Below are positions 40,598-52,023 of a DNA stretch of 64,000 nt, in pieces; position 1 is the stretch's first letter; each line of letters begins with the position of its first letter. The DNA lies in the IMG/VR virus record IMGVR_UViG_3300031576_000002, positions 141,228-205,227 of that record; one strand, 5' to 3'. The position numbers and the translations under genes are program-made. The notes beneath the pieces were generated by a model. The model ran no database searches. It saw only the letters and a program-made list of their open reading frames with translations, and was not told where the DNA came from.

Positions 40598-41141
40598 CTC
40601 AGCCTCCGTTCTCTTCCGCCTGCATTTCATCGGCACAGTCCGCAGCATTCAGAAGCTGCTTGGCAAACGCACGAACTGCGGGCGTAGAAGCGGTCCAAGT
40701 CATCGAAGCAGAGCCAGACTGAATCTGGAACTGGACGCCTTGGACGCCGAGGATCCGCATGATCTTGATGGAAGGAAAATCGCAGCCGCGTGAAGGAGGG
40801 GACGGCGGAGAGAGAGGCGGCTTCACCTCTTCCGGCTTGGTGCTTTTCTCTCTAATCATGGCGCTTGGCCCCGTAGACCCGCTCGACAAAGTGCCGCGCC
40901 TCCGAGGCGCACTCCTTATCCATTTGCCGCTTCTCCGCTTCCGCTGCCTTCTTGGTCGCCACGATATAGCACGGCTCCCGGCCTGGACCGTAACGCAGGG
41001 CCGCCTCACAGTAGATGCCCCATCCCAAGGCAACAAGCTCTGGCGCAGGCACTTGGCGACTACGTTTCGACTTGGAGGTGGACTTGCGACTGCGTGAAAG
41101 AGAGGGCTTCAATCCTCCCGGCTTGATGTTCTTTTCTTTGG

Positions 41142-41450
41142 TCATGTCTTTCTCGTACGCACAGGCAAGGCACAACAGTCGGAAAAATTTACAAGGTCGC
41201 GGAAGAAATAGCGACCGGATAAGGCAACGGCAGCCGCTTCATCCATGCCACGCAAAGTTGAAGTCCAAATCCAATTTGGTTGCGGATTGATTCTAACAAT
41301 CACTACGGCTTCATCAACAGTAGGCAATCGCCAGTCCGAGAAGCCTCCTTCCCGATAAGACTTGGCGTACCTCTTGGCAGCATTCCAGTCCAAACGATGG
41401 CTTGAAAAAGTTGCTACCTGCAACTCGGTCTTGATTGCGCTCTTGGTCAT
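41142..41450 (-). CDS. DUF1566 (Lcl C-terminal, CLec-fold) domain protein
   Basis: LDWNAAKRYA...GGFSDWRLPTVDE...WTST...ALPVR. Confidence 0.85.
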   Translation of the reverse strand: MTKSAIKTELQVATFSSHRLDWNAAKRYAKSYREGGFSDWRLPTVDEAVVIVRINPQPNWIWTSTLRGMDEAAAVALSGRYFFRDLVNFSDCCALPVRTRKT

Positions 41451-42019
41451 ACTCTTGCCCCATCCGCGCTATACCCCCGCCCATGAACCGCGACTGAGAA
41501 ATAGGTTCCATCATCCGCACGGAACTCAGCTCGTTCCGTGCTGGGATTGTCTGAGAGGATCTGCTGAAGCAGCGACACCGCGAGCATCTGAGCATTGCGC
41601 TGGTCCACCCGAACCATGATGTTATTGGGGCCTTTCCTATCCTTCCACTGCACGATCTCCAGCTTGAGGACCGGCTTCGGCATGGGCTCGGTAGAGGCGC
41701 GCTTCGGCTTTTCCGAGGACTTGCAACTGCGCACCGGCAAAGCGCGGCCGTCGTAGGAGTGGCCCTGGTCGAAGAAGCCGGAGTAGCCAAAGCTGAGGCC
41801 GACGTAAGCCGCCTCCGAGCCGCGCGATTCGGAGGTCCAAACCCACACTGGTTGTGGATTGGTTCTGGCGATCTCTTTCGCCTCAGCAATAGTAGGAAGA
41901 CGCCAATCAGTATGACCGCCTTCTCGGTAGTCCTTGGCGTATTCCGCCGCCTGCTTCCAAGTCAGATAGACGCTCGTCGTGGGCGCTACCTGCAATTCAG
42001 CCTTTGCTCGCTTAGTCAT
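41447..42019 (-). CDS. DUF1566 domain protein with C-terminal extension
   Basis: LTWKQAAEYA...GGHTDWRLPTIAE...WTSE...RALPVR. Confidence 0.85.
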   Translation of the reverse strand: MTKRAKAELQVAPTTSVYLTWKQAAEYAKDYREGGHTDWRLPTIAEAKEIARTNPQPVWVWTSESRGSEAAYVGLSFGYSGFFDQGHSYDGRALPVRSCKSSEKPKRASTEPMPKPVLKLEIVQWKDRKGPNNIMVRVDQRNAQMLAVSLLQQILSDNPSTERAEFRADDGTYFSVAVHGRGYSADGARV

Positions 42020-42060
42020 CTCAATCCTTCCAGTTGCAGTCGAACACGGATCTGCCCTTT

Positions 42061-42505
42061 TTACACCTGAACTTCTTGCAAAGAATCGGGCGGACCAGAA
42101 GGATCAAGTGCAGGATCGAGCGCCAGCACGATGTCGCCATCCTTGATCGGGATTGAAGCTCGCCCCCCAACCACCGGCTCCGCCACCGACGCGATCTCAT
42201 TGTTCCGCATGTTGCTCAGCAGGATCGAGTCCTCGGGGCGGGCATCCTGCTCGACCTGCTGGAGCGTCCGTACCCGACACCCGATAAAGTACCGCGGGCT
42301 CCGCGCGCGGCTCGAAGTCCTCTGGCCCTCTTGCCCTCGTGGTGAACTGGAAGCAGTAGGGAGTGGCTCCGTAGCGCTCGACAATCCCACGGGCCATATG
42401 ACGAGCTGAATCGACATCCCACTGATCGATCTCGCGAGACGTCTCCTCCGCGAAGAGGGCGCCGGGGCTGTAGAACGTGACAAAGTGCTTTGTAGGGCTA
42501 GACAT
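42061..42505 (-). pseudogene. Frameshifted conserved phage protein (KHFVTFYSPG...ERYGATPY...ILLSNM..N)
   Basis: Frames 42197-42505 and 42061-42627 join at CCGCGCGCGG (~42305). Confidence 0.65.
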
Positions 42506-42528
42506 TGAAGTCTCCTTGGCTCGAACTT

Positions 42529-42559
42529 ACTATACCGGCGCGATCTTATTTTTACACAT
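42529..42559 (-). promoter_or_regulatory. Phage promoter ATGTGTAA-N17-TATAGT
   Basis: Shares GTAAAAATAAGA with the 43339 copy. Confidence 0.75.
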
Positions 42560-43338
42560 CTGTCTTTCAGAAGACTTGAAGGAGCGCAGAAGTGAGCCCC
42601 GGTCGCGGCCCGTTCAACAACACTCACTTGTCGGCTGCGCCACTATCCACCAGTGCCGCAATTCACCGGTTATCGGAAACTCATGGCGAAACCTATCCGC
42701 GCTCCTTCAAATCCTCTGTGTAGCCTGGAATCGGATTCTCTTCCCGCCACGCGACCAATTCGACGTATGGGGGCTTAACATCGCTCCAAACCGCGTTTAG
42801 CCGCAGTTCAACCGTTTCTTTTATCGCAGCTTCAAAAAATTGGAGCGTAGTATCCCGGGCTGCGGGAAACTCCTTTCGCGCAATCCGCTCAAATCTCACC
42901 CAGCCAAAACTAAGATCTGAGCAGCGATGAATGAAATGCCCCCGCTCAAACTGCGCCCCGTAGTAACTCGGGGCGCCATCCTTCTCAGGATCGTAGGGGC
43001 GCGTCAGGATCCTTTCGTCCTCGATCATATCGTTGAGCACGTCAGAATAGGCCGCGCTCACGCCGCAGCCAGAGCACTTGAGGAAGATGCGCCAGTGATC
43101 GCCTTTGGCCAGCATCAGGACTCCTTGAGTGGAAACAACTTCTCCCACTCTGCCCCCGAGCACTCTTTGCAGGTACGGATGCAACCGTCGGGGTGGTCAG
43201 CCCGCAATCCGGCTCGGCGGAACCAGTCGCCACAGTAGAAGCGGTGGAGAAATCCCAACGCAACGACGACTTTCTCCAATCGGTCGATGCGATCTTCAAT
43301 CTTCATAGGACTTCCCCTTCCTACTACCCGCGCTAACT

Positions 43339-43369
43339 ACTATACAACTCGATTCTTATTTTTACGCAC
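43339..43369 (-). promoter_or_regulatory. Phage promoter GTGCGTAA-N17-TATAGT
   Basis: Recurrent motif. Confidence 0.75.
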
Positions 43370-43601
43370 GGGCTTGCAATTCTTTTTTGGGATCGTCCTC
43401 GCTGCCATGTGGCCGCCCGGAAGCGTACCCACGTAGTACAGCAGCTCCACCTCCGCCATGACAATCTGGAGTCGCAAGCGATTCTCTGCTTCCGCCTTGG
43501 TACTGCCAGAACTGCTGATAATGCCCTCTCCCGTTTCTGCTACGGTGAGCGCCGCGTTCCACCGGAAGGCCGCTGCGGGGGGTTCCCCCGTCTTCCACGT
43601 T

Positions 43602-44441
43602 TCAACTTGAAAGAGTGGCATTCGCGCCTCCGCCTTTGTTAGTTACGATCACGCTGTAGGTTCCAGTTCCGATCGCCTGCGGTCGCGTCTCTACCTTGCA
43701 CGCTTCGCTCTTCTCCAACGTATAAACCGCAAGCTTGCGCTGCTCGTCCGTCCAGTAGTGGAAGCGGACATTCATAAAGTTCCGGTAGAACGGCCCCAGG
43801 TAGACTTCCTTGCCGTACTCTTGCGTAGCTCGCTGCACGAGCTTCAAACATTCCGCCTGGCTCTCGGGACTGGTGGGATCCAGCAGCGGCGAACCTGGCA
43901 GCGGAATCTCGGCGGGTGCGACACCTGCAACCCGCACAGCGGTCTTCGCTTTGACCCGCTCCGTCACGTCAAAGAAATCCCAGCAGTTCTCCTCGCCGAC
44001 CAAGTTGAGAAGATCCGTGGACAGCGTGTCTTGTCCCGCGACCACGATCAGGCTCAGCCCCGCTTCCAAAATCCTACGAGCCAGCGGCATGTAGTCGCGG
44101 TCCCCGCCCACGATCACGAACTGATCGCAGAGTCCAGCTCGCAGCGAATCTTGCGCGTCCAGCGATAGCTCGATGTCGGCACTCGACTTGCCCCGCTTCG
44201 CCTGCACGTAGATCGGCGTCACGCCAATGGTTTGGAGCGCACCTTGCGCTCCTACCATGCCCACGTCCTCCCAGTCAGCGTACGCTCTCCTCAGCACCAC
44301 CTTCTCTACCTCTCCCGTCAGAGTACGGAGCAGCTTTCGGATCTGCTCAATCGTGTAGCCTCCAGGTTGCGGTAGCTGCGCGCGTAGGTTCTGCACTGCC
44401 CGAAGTACATTCTCGTAGTCGATGTAAACCGCAGTACGCAT
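43602..44441 (-). CDS. NYN domain (LabA/DUF88-like) ribonuclease
   Basis: AVYIDYENV, RAYADW, KSSADIEL..D, GGDRDY.PL. Confidence 0.9.
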   Translation of the reverse strand: MRTAVYIDYENVLRAVQNLRAQLPQPGGYTIEQIRKLLRTLTGEVEKVVLRRAYADWEDVGMVGAQGALQTIGVTPIYVQAKRGKSSADIELSLDAQDSLRAGLCDQFVIVGGDRDYMPLARRILEAGLSLIVVAGQDTLSTDLLNLVGEENCWDFFDVTERVKAKTAVRVAGVAPAEIPLPGSPLLDPTSPESQAECLKLVQRATQEYGKEVYLGPFYRNFMNVRFHYWTDEQRKLAVYTLEKSEACKVETRPQAIGTGTYSVIVTNKGGGANATLSS

Positions 44442-44771
44442 ATTAGACACCCCTCTTGGCTTGAGCCTCGCACTCGTCGAGTGCATCAATCACGTCGATC
44501 CAGGCTGTCGCGTTCTCGTTCTCGACCTCCTCCAGCTCCTTCCTCCAGTCCGGGTTGCGTTGGTCAAGCGTCTCCAGCAGGACTCTGGCCGCTTCCACCA
44601 GCCGGTCGCAGGGAGACGGTTCCTTCTGGGGCTCAACAATCGACGGCAATGGCGTCGATTTTGGGCCGTAGACTGCTTTCTGCGGCTGGGCCGGACTACG
44701 ACGGCCACTTCGCGGTGACTGCCTCCCCAGGGCCTGGCCTGGCCGCACTTTCGCCTCTGCACGCTTCTTGG

Positions 44772-45077
44772 TCATTTCTTGCCTCGTTTTATTTTGGCTA
44801 GGGTGGTACCAACACTTTTTCGTGCCCATCCCGTCCGTTCCGCGATCTGCTGAATCTTCAATCCTTCTGCTTTCAGTTTCTTCAGCTTCTCGATTTCCAC
44901 AATGCGGCGGTGCGGTTCAACGCCGAGCTGGGGTAGCCGCTCACGGATCGCGGAAATCTGCGATCCGTCCATGCACGCAGTCTTGAGGAGGGAGAGACCC
45001 GCTCTATGCAACTTCAGAATTTCTTCGTCTGGCAGCATTCTTAGTCTTTCTCTCGCACGCACCCTGTCGCGCATCAA
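44772..45077 (-). CDS. Tandem HTH DNA-binding protein
   Basis: LHRAGLS...IRERL; GLKIQQIAERTGW; paralog of 52024-52320. Confidence 0.7.
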   Translation of the reverse strand: MMRDRVRARERLRMLPDEEILKLHRAGLSLLKTACMDGSQISAIRERLPQLGVEPHRRIVEIEKLKKLKAEGLKIQQIAERTGWARKSVGTTLAKIKRGKK

Positions 45078-46399
45078 CCGCTTTCAGAATCAACACAAAA
45101 CGGTCTGAATCATCTTTTCCTCGCCACCGTGTACACCAGCGGCGATAAGCTCCTGTGACCAGCGCCATATCCTCTAGCATTCCACAGACTCTGAGATCTT
45201 CAAGTGCTTCTGGCATCAGAGATGTTACAACTTCTTTTTGGCGTAGATAGGTCTTCCGGACCTCGCTCAACTTTCGCGGGGCTCTCTTTTTAGCTGGGCG
45301 CTTTGTTGCCATTACTCACGCCCCTTAATCAACTTCTTGAGCTTGGACAGCGTCCGTTCCAGCCGCTCCATTCGGTGCTCGACCAGGTGACTCTTCATCA
45401 TCGCACCGACTAGCGTGTCGTTCCCCTGAGCGCTGTCAATCGTGTACCCACAGTAGCGACAGCGCAGCCAGAACTTCTCTGCACTCCCCCCGTCTTGAAC
45501 CACGTTTCGGTCGGGAGAGGAGTCGTGCGTTTCGTACCGCCAGCGGAAATCTACATAGCCCGCTCCGACGCGGAACTCATAGGCACAGGGAGAACTCGTC
45601 AAATGCTCCAGCACTTTCCGATCCGTCAGCGGTAGCCGCGCCCAAACTTTCTCACCGGGGTCGAGGAACTTCGTAGACTTGGAATCTTGCCGAAGCGCTG
45701 CGCGGATTGCTACGTCGCACGCAATCGCATACTTCTCTGTCGCGTGCCTGGACTCGGCAGGTAGCTCGACTTTGAGGATTTTTTCAGCCACGGTCGAGTA
45801 CCTGGTCGATGAGCGCGTGAAGCTGCTCTCGCAGCAGAGCACGCTGAACCGGATCTTTCAAGGCAGCGTCTGGAATTTCGGCGCGGAACTTGAGCACTCG
45901 CCCCGTACCTAGAAAGAGAGATCCGTCCCATCCGTGGGAGAACGCTTTGGGAACTGGCACATCTTCTACCCGAGCCGGCGATTCCATGTCAATCCTCCAA
46001 TCTGATCTTGGGCAGCGGATCCGGCGCAGTCTTCATCGGCGTGTCAAAGCAGACTTTCACTCCACCTTCGGGGTGTTCCTTCCAGCTAACGGCGTGCCGA
46101 ATCACCTGGAGTAGGTCGTAGGAGCGTTTCGCCTCCACGGCGAGAGCAGACTCCGTACACCCCAAGGAGCCGCTGTCCAGCCCGTACAGGACCTTCCTCA
46201 AAAGAGCGAACGCCTCGTTCACCTCCCACGAGTACATCTTATCCAGGTCCGGCCACTGTCCATTCGACATGGGACGGTTAGAACGGATATATCTGATCTC
46301 GACTAGCTGCCCCATGTGAATGCGGCCGTGCAGGTCCAGCGCATTCAACAGTGCGTCTACCTGCTCTCGCGTGAGTTCCAGAGTGATCTTCATAATTGT

Positions 46400-46430
46400 A
46401 CTATACAACCCGCGTCAGAATTTTTCCCAC
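46400..46430 (-). promoter_or_regulatory. Phage promoter GTGGGAAA-N17-TATAGT, leaderless
   Basis: ATG (46393) 6 nt after the -10 box. Confidence 0.7.
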
Positions 46431-46627
46431 TACCCGCCTTCCAGCTCGCGCTCCTCGGCCAGCCATCCGGGAATCGTAACTGACTCTCCGTCGCGGTCTA
46501 CGATCTGGGAGAGTGGAATCCAGACCTGACGGCCGTCCTGCTCAACTAGCAGGGCTCGATCCGTCTCGCGAACGATTCGTACTTCGCAGCGCACGCTGGC
46601 GTCATCTTCAAATCCATTGAATCTCAT
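46430..46627 (-). CDS. Small conserved phage beta-protein
   Basis: ETDRALLV...VWIPLSQI...IPGWLA. Confidence 0.75.
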   Translation of the reverse strand: MRFNGFEDDASVRCEVRIVRETDRALLVEQDGRQVWIPLSQIVDRDGESVTIPGWLAEERELEGG

Positions 46628-48153
46628 TTGGGCACCTCCTTGTGGAGCATGTCTGCGGCTCTTACGCGCTTCTTGGCAATCTTGGCGTAGCTCTCATCCT
46701 GCTCGATGCCATAGTACCGGAAGCCTTCCAAGAGAGCTGCTACTCCAATCGAACCTGAACCTGCGAACGGATCGAGAACTTTACCGTTGGGCGGGGTAAT
46801 GAGGCGGCAAAGGTAACGGCAGAGCTTGATGCTCTTCACAGTCGGATGCCCGTTGACTTCTCCCGGGTCGAGCCCAAAGTTGCGATCCTTCTTGGAAGAC
46901 TTACTGCAATAGAAAAATCTCGATACTGTTGCTCCGGGGAAATCCAGTTGGCGCACCGCGCAAGAAGGAACGCAGGCAAATAGCGGAATAGCCTCATTAC
47001 CGCCTTCACCTGCGAAGGTCGTATCTGGCCCAGTCATTCGCTTGAGTTCACCAAAAATAATATCCTGCGATTCCCCTTTACTATTTTTTCGCACGGCCGT
47101 ACCAGTCTTCACTTTCATAGTTCCGACTTCCCGGCACAGAGGGTCGTGAGAAAGAACCAAATTTGCCGGCCACCTGCCCTTCGTAGAAAGCCGTTCTCCT
47201 ACAGGCTTAGCCTCTTCATACGAAGAGCCATGCCACGGCTTCCCTTTGCCCTTGCCTGACTTGAACCAGGACTCTGGGTACTCCGCTTTCCAGTCTGCTC
47301 GTACACGACAACCGTCGATGTTAAGACCGCCAACGCCGTGCTTGAGAACATTGGCAGCAATCGTGGGTTCGGAGATTGGCTTCTGGACCAGAATCCAGAA
47401 CTCTGCGGCAGGCTTTAACGCAGTTCCGTAACCCGCCCAAGGCTCTGCCTCTTCTGTACCAATAGATCGAATCTCTTCTTCACGGCTCTGAGACTTGGAA
47501 CCGGGACGTTTTGCAAAATCTTGACCGCCTGAACGTGCGTGCCGGATCTTTCCTACTACGTCTCCGAGTTTTGGGTAGACTTTTTCTGCCCAGGCAGGAA
47601 CTGCATCAAACTCCGCACAGATCCGCGCAAACCTTTCCGCAGTTGGAATTTGGGGGCATGGCGTATTCTCCCCAAGCCAGTGGTCTACTTGGCGAGGAGT
47701 GACGCCAGACGCTTTCGCTACTTCTTCCCGAGAGCCGAGGCCCTTCAACCAAGAAACTATTTCTTCCGCATCTACCCTACGCTTATCGATCTGTTTGGCG
47801 ATAGTAGAACTTTTCGGAAATCCGACTCCAAATAAATGTGTAACTATATCTTTCACTTGGAATCCTGACCATTCGATCGCCGTCATCGTCCAGTGCGACG
47901 TTCTCGGAATCGCCCAGACAAGCGCGTAGCCTCCAGGCTTCAAAACACGGTGGCACTCCCGTAGAATCTCGGTCAGCCAGCCAATCCACTGCTTTCGACC
48001 GCCTTTCGCAGAGTCCCACTTTGCGGGCAGGAACGAAATTCCTGCCGGCGGATCTGTGACGACGGAGTGGAAACGGTTATCGGGTAAACGCCGCAGAACT
48101 TCCAAGGCGTCTCCGTGAACTACCCGGTATCGACGTTTCGGTTTCTCAGCCAT
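46624..48153 (-). CDS. DNA amino-methyltransferase (N4C/N6A, beta class) with inserted HTH
   Basis: GDALEVL..TDPPAG; GFPKS; GTALKPA; GRWPAN; RFFYC; HPTVK; VLDPFAGSGS. Confidence 0.92.
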   Translation of the reverse strand: MAEKPKRRYRVVHGDALEVLRRLPDNRFHSVVTDPPAGISFLPAKWDSAKGGRKQWIGWLTEILRECHRVLKPGGYALVWAIPRTSHWTMTAIEWSGFQVKDIVTHLFGVGFPKSSTIAKQIDKRRVDAEEIVSWLKGLGSREEVAKASGVTPRQVDHWLGENTPCPQIPTAERFARICAEFDAVPAWAEKVYPKLGDVVGKIRHARSGGQDFAKRPGSKSQSREEEIRSIGTEEAEPWAGYGTALKPAAEFWILVQKPISEPTIAANVLKHGVGGLNIDGCRVRADWKAEYPESWFKSGKGKGKPWHGSSYEEAKPVGERLSTKGRWPANLVLSHDPLCREVGTMKVKTGTAVRKNSKGESQDIIFGELKRMTGPDTTFAGEGGNEAIPLFACVPSCAVRQLDFPGATVSRFFYCSKSSKKDRNFGLDPGEVNGHPTVKSIKLCRYLCRLITPPNGKVLDPFAGSGSIGVAALLEGFRYYGIEQDESYAKIAKKRVRAADMLHKEVPK

Positions 48154-51100
48154 CTACCTGTACCTTTTCCCAGCAGCCCGCTCAACGTGGAAAAAGGCAG
48201 CGGCTCCGCAGCCAGCGCAGAACGGCGTGGTGCGCGTTTTCGGCTTCGCTTGCTGCAACGTAGTCCTCGTATACCTGGCAGTACGCATTGAAGTGGTAGA
48301 ACCCCGCTCTGACCCACCACTTACGAGCTGGATCGCTCGACACCCAAGTCGTCAGACTAACAGTAACTTGCAAGCCGTCATGCCAAAAATCATCTCGCCA
48401 CCCGAGCGGCGGGGACATTCCTTTCACCCCAGCAGGATGAATGATTTCAATTGGCCTGCTCATGTTTTCCCCGCGGTGTCTTCCTCTGACTACTATACCC
48501 AGACCAGAGTGAAATTTTACACGTCACGGCATGAGCGCCTTGTTCGCAGGATCCTCCCACGTCCTTCCTAACAATCCGGACAGGAGAGCCTCCGCTTTGA
48601 TTGCTTCGACCTGCTGGCGCATATTGCGCTCGATCTCGAATCGAACGCGGTAGTGTTTCTCGGCGTCTCTCAGATGAGAGGCCAACCGTTTGAGGCGTGG
48701 AATAGTTTTTTCCGCTTCGTCCCGAAACTTGACAAGGCTATCCCGTGCGGTCAGAGATTGAGGAATCCACTCCTTGATCTCTTCCGCCCGCTGCGCCAGC
48801 AGCTCTGCCATGTGCTCAAGCGACTCGCTCAGATTCAAGTTACGCCTCCCGGTCTACCGTCTCCGTCCGGAGGTAGATCCAGGTTCCGTTCAAGTCGCAG
48901 TCCGTCCCCGCAGAAAGCATTTTGGTATAGCGCCGAACTTCCCCCGTCGTCGTACAGCGATAGACATACCACGTCTCCCGGATCATCCACACGAAAAGGA
49001 GAGGTAGGAGAAAGCGCATGTATTAGTTCCTGTGGGAGCTATCAATGCGGTCCAGCAGATTCTGGTACTTCGACTTCTTCTTGCCGCCTCTTTCGTCCCG
49101 TAGCGCTTGCACTCCGACTAGCGCTAAATCCTCCAGCAGTTGCTTGGGCAGCCTGCGCGTAAACTCCTCAACGGTAACTCCGTCGATGTAGTGAACGCCC
49201 TTCCTGACTTCTACTGCGTGCTCTTTCCCTGCAATCCTTACTTTCCCCTTCGCAGCTTTCACGGCTTATGATCCAGTGCTGCGTGGACAACGCGAAAGGA
49301 TCCCCCGCAGAGTTGGCAATCCCCTGGAGCACCAGGATGTTTCTCCGCGTGCATTGTGACCAGCGCCGAGAACAGGACTTCGAGCAGTCCGCGCTCGACC
49401 GTGACCAGCGCGGGATCGCGGACGGAGAGGGCGCGGATCGCGGCGGCAAGCGTCTCGGGATGCACCCGCTTATTCTGGCGTTCGGTTCGCCCGGCAGAAT
49501 CGCAAATCCTCGCCGCCTCTGCGAGCGCCGCCTCGCGGGCGCGCTGGACGATGGCCGCGACGTGCGCGCATCGGTCTGCGGTATGTGGAGTACCATCGCC
49601 TTCATCCCAGATCCAATCACCCTCGCGCGGCATCCACCAGAGATTCCGAATGCAGACCGGACACGGCCTGCAATCCTTGACCATGTAGCGATCGGATACT
49701 GCGCACGGAGATGCCGGGATCACGATTTTGTTTCCGCGCATGTATGGCTCGTAGCTCACGACTCACCTCCCAGCTCTTCCCATAGAGGGGCTGCGTAGCA
49801 GACCGAACCCCCTTCGCCATCCTCGGTGGCAGCATCGTGGATCCACTCCACATCATGCTCCGATTCGTATCGGATCGCTTCGAGTTCGGTAGCGCAGTTT
49901 CGCTTGCACACTAGCTGCGCAGCTTCCAGCATCCCGTCGCGCTTGCCTTTCCGGTAGGTGTAGTTACACGCCTCTTTGCAGTCGGCCACGTTCACGGCTC
50001 CCCTCGCAGCACGTCATGGATCCGAGCAGCGTCGCAGTCCGCCTGTTCCGGGTGATACCAGTCACCGTCGAGGACTTCGAGAGGGTGTTCCTCTCGGCAC
50101 CACTCGCACACCATCTTAGCCGCCGCGCGCATGCCATCGCGGTGGGCGTCGGCGTTCGCAGCCCACGCCTCGCGGAGCTGCGCGCAGAGCCAGCGGGTCT
50201 CATCGCCGTACTCGCAAACGCTGGTAAACAGGTCGTCGTCCAGCCCTGCCTCAATCCTGAACAGCTTTTCCTCGTTGGTCATGGTGCGTCCCTCCTCGAC
50301 TCTCCGAATTTCATCGTGCGCCTTCGCGCCCACCACCACGGGGCCTGCTCCCATCCGGTCGGACGCTCGAAAACCGAGGTCCCGTTCCCGTGCTCGTTCG
50401 CAGCCCCGAGCCACCCACGTACAGCGCGGAACCGAACGCCGGCCCGGATCGGTGGACCCCGTACCCAGTGCCGATGCCGGTGGCAGAGCACGATCTGCTG
50501 GCCTTGATTTGAATCCCCGGTCAATGAGTCGAACGCGAGCAGGCACGCACTAGCCGACGCCCAGCGGCCCGAGCAGCGCTTGCCGGCGCGCGTGATGGCG
50601 ATGCAGCGGGCGTGGCGGTAGTCGGTCATTGCTTCCTCGCGATCCGGTAGAGCCCGACCAAAATGTCAAACCCCTGCGCACACGCGATCCCCAGCACGAA
50701 CCCGCTGACCATATCGTCGGTCATCTCTTCCCCCTCACGCGCACGGCGGCAGCGACCACCGGCACGGCAGATCGGCCACCGTCCGCCGCCCATTCTGCGG
50801 CATGGCAAAGCGGGACGCGCATTGCCTCCACCGCATCCAGCAGCGCGGTTACCCCGCTGCGCTCGCGGCAGCGCGCCCGGGTGTGGGGGGATCCGTGCTC
50901 TTCACGCGCTGACTGCTTGACGCTGGCCTTGTCTGCCGAAACGATCAACCAGCATCCACAACCCACGCAGCGGATCATGGCTTTCCCTCCCGAGACCGCG
51001 CAGCGGATTCGCGGATCCGCGCCTCGTGCGCAGCCTCGTGGCGGAGCAGGTCCTCAGTCGGAGCACCGTCTGCGAGCATCCGGAGCGTTTGCCCGACCTT

Positions 51101-51186
51101 CTCCGTGCACGGCTTGCAGATCACCAGGCTCGGCGGGGCGGGCGGCACGCCGCACCCATTGGCGCACGACTTGAGCGGCTTTCTCA

Positions 51187-51747
51187 TCACGGCTTCCACT
51201 CCAGGGCGCGGATGCGTGCCGCCACCTCTTGGACTACCAGGATCGGGTTCCGTCCCTCTGTCTCGACCTTTTCACTATCGGACGCTGCCAGCTCGCGCGC
51301 CTTGTCGAACCCGCGGCGCTCGGCGGTATCCACTTCGGCTTTCAGCTTCCGCACGCGATCGACAATGCTCGGGCTGCATTTCGATCCGTGCGCGCCACAC
51401 TCACCGACTACGGCCTCCAAATCCACCTGCAACCGCTCGTAAGCGTCGGCCAGGTATTCGAGCGCCTTGGAGTTCTGCGCCATCTCCTGCACGCCCGCGA
51501 TCAGCGCGGGGAGCGCGTTGACGGCGGCCAGGATCAGGTCGCAATCCTCGTCCGCCAATTCCGGGCAATGATCGGACTCGTCGGAGTTGCAACCCGCGCA
51601 CGCTACGGACTTATCATCCGTGCGAATCACGAAGACCACGCCACACGAAACGTCATCTTCGCGGGAAAACCTCCACTCGCCCGGAGTCGCCTTCGCACGC
51701 AACTCTTCGAGCCGGTCGCACAGTTCCAGCAGGTCGGCGGCGGTCAT
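51187..51747 (-). CDS. Ead/Ea22-like phage protein
   Basis: LEELRAKATPGEW...D..LILAAVNALPALI. Confidence 0.65.
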   Translation of the reverse strand: MTAADLLELCDRLEELRAKATPGEWRFSREDDVSCGVVFVIRTDDKSVACAGCNSDESDHCPELADEDCDLILAAVNALPALIAGVQEMAQNSKALEYLADAYERLQVDLEAVVGECGAHGSKCSPSIVDRVRKLKAEVDTAERRGFDKARELAASDSEKVETEGRNPILVVQEVAARIRALEWKP

Positions 51748-52023
51748 GGCTGCACCTCCCTCGATGTCCACAACGCAAACTCCTCGCGTCCAGCGCGGCC
51801 CCGGAACTCGGCAGCGGCTACTATGAGCGCATTTGCTGCGGCACTCTTTTCGACCGTACTTCCGAATTCCGGAAGCTTTCCCACACTCTGCTCACAGTAG
51901 TACGCGCACTCGTGGAAAGCGGCGATCCGGGCCTTCTTGGTGTCCGTGCTCATCGCTTCCCCCTCACGCGCGCGCTTCTTCCGATCGGAACTTCTGCGAT
52001 GCTTGCGCCGCAACCTGAACATT

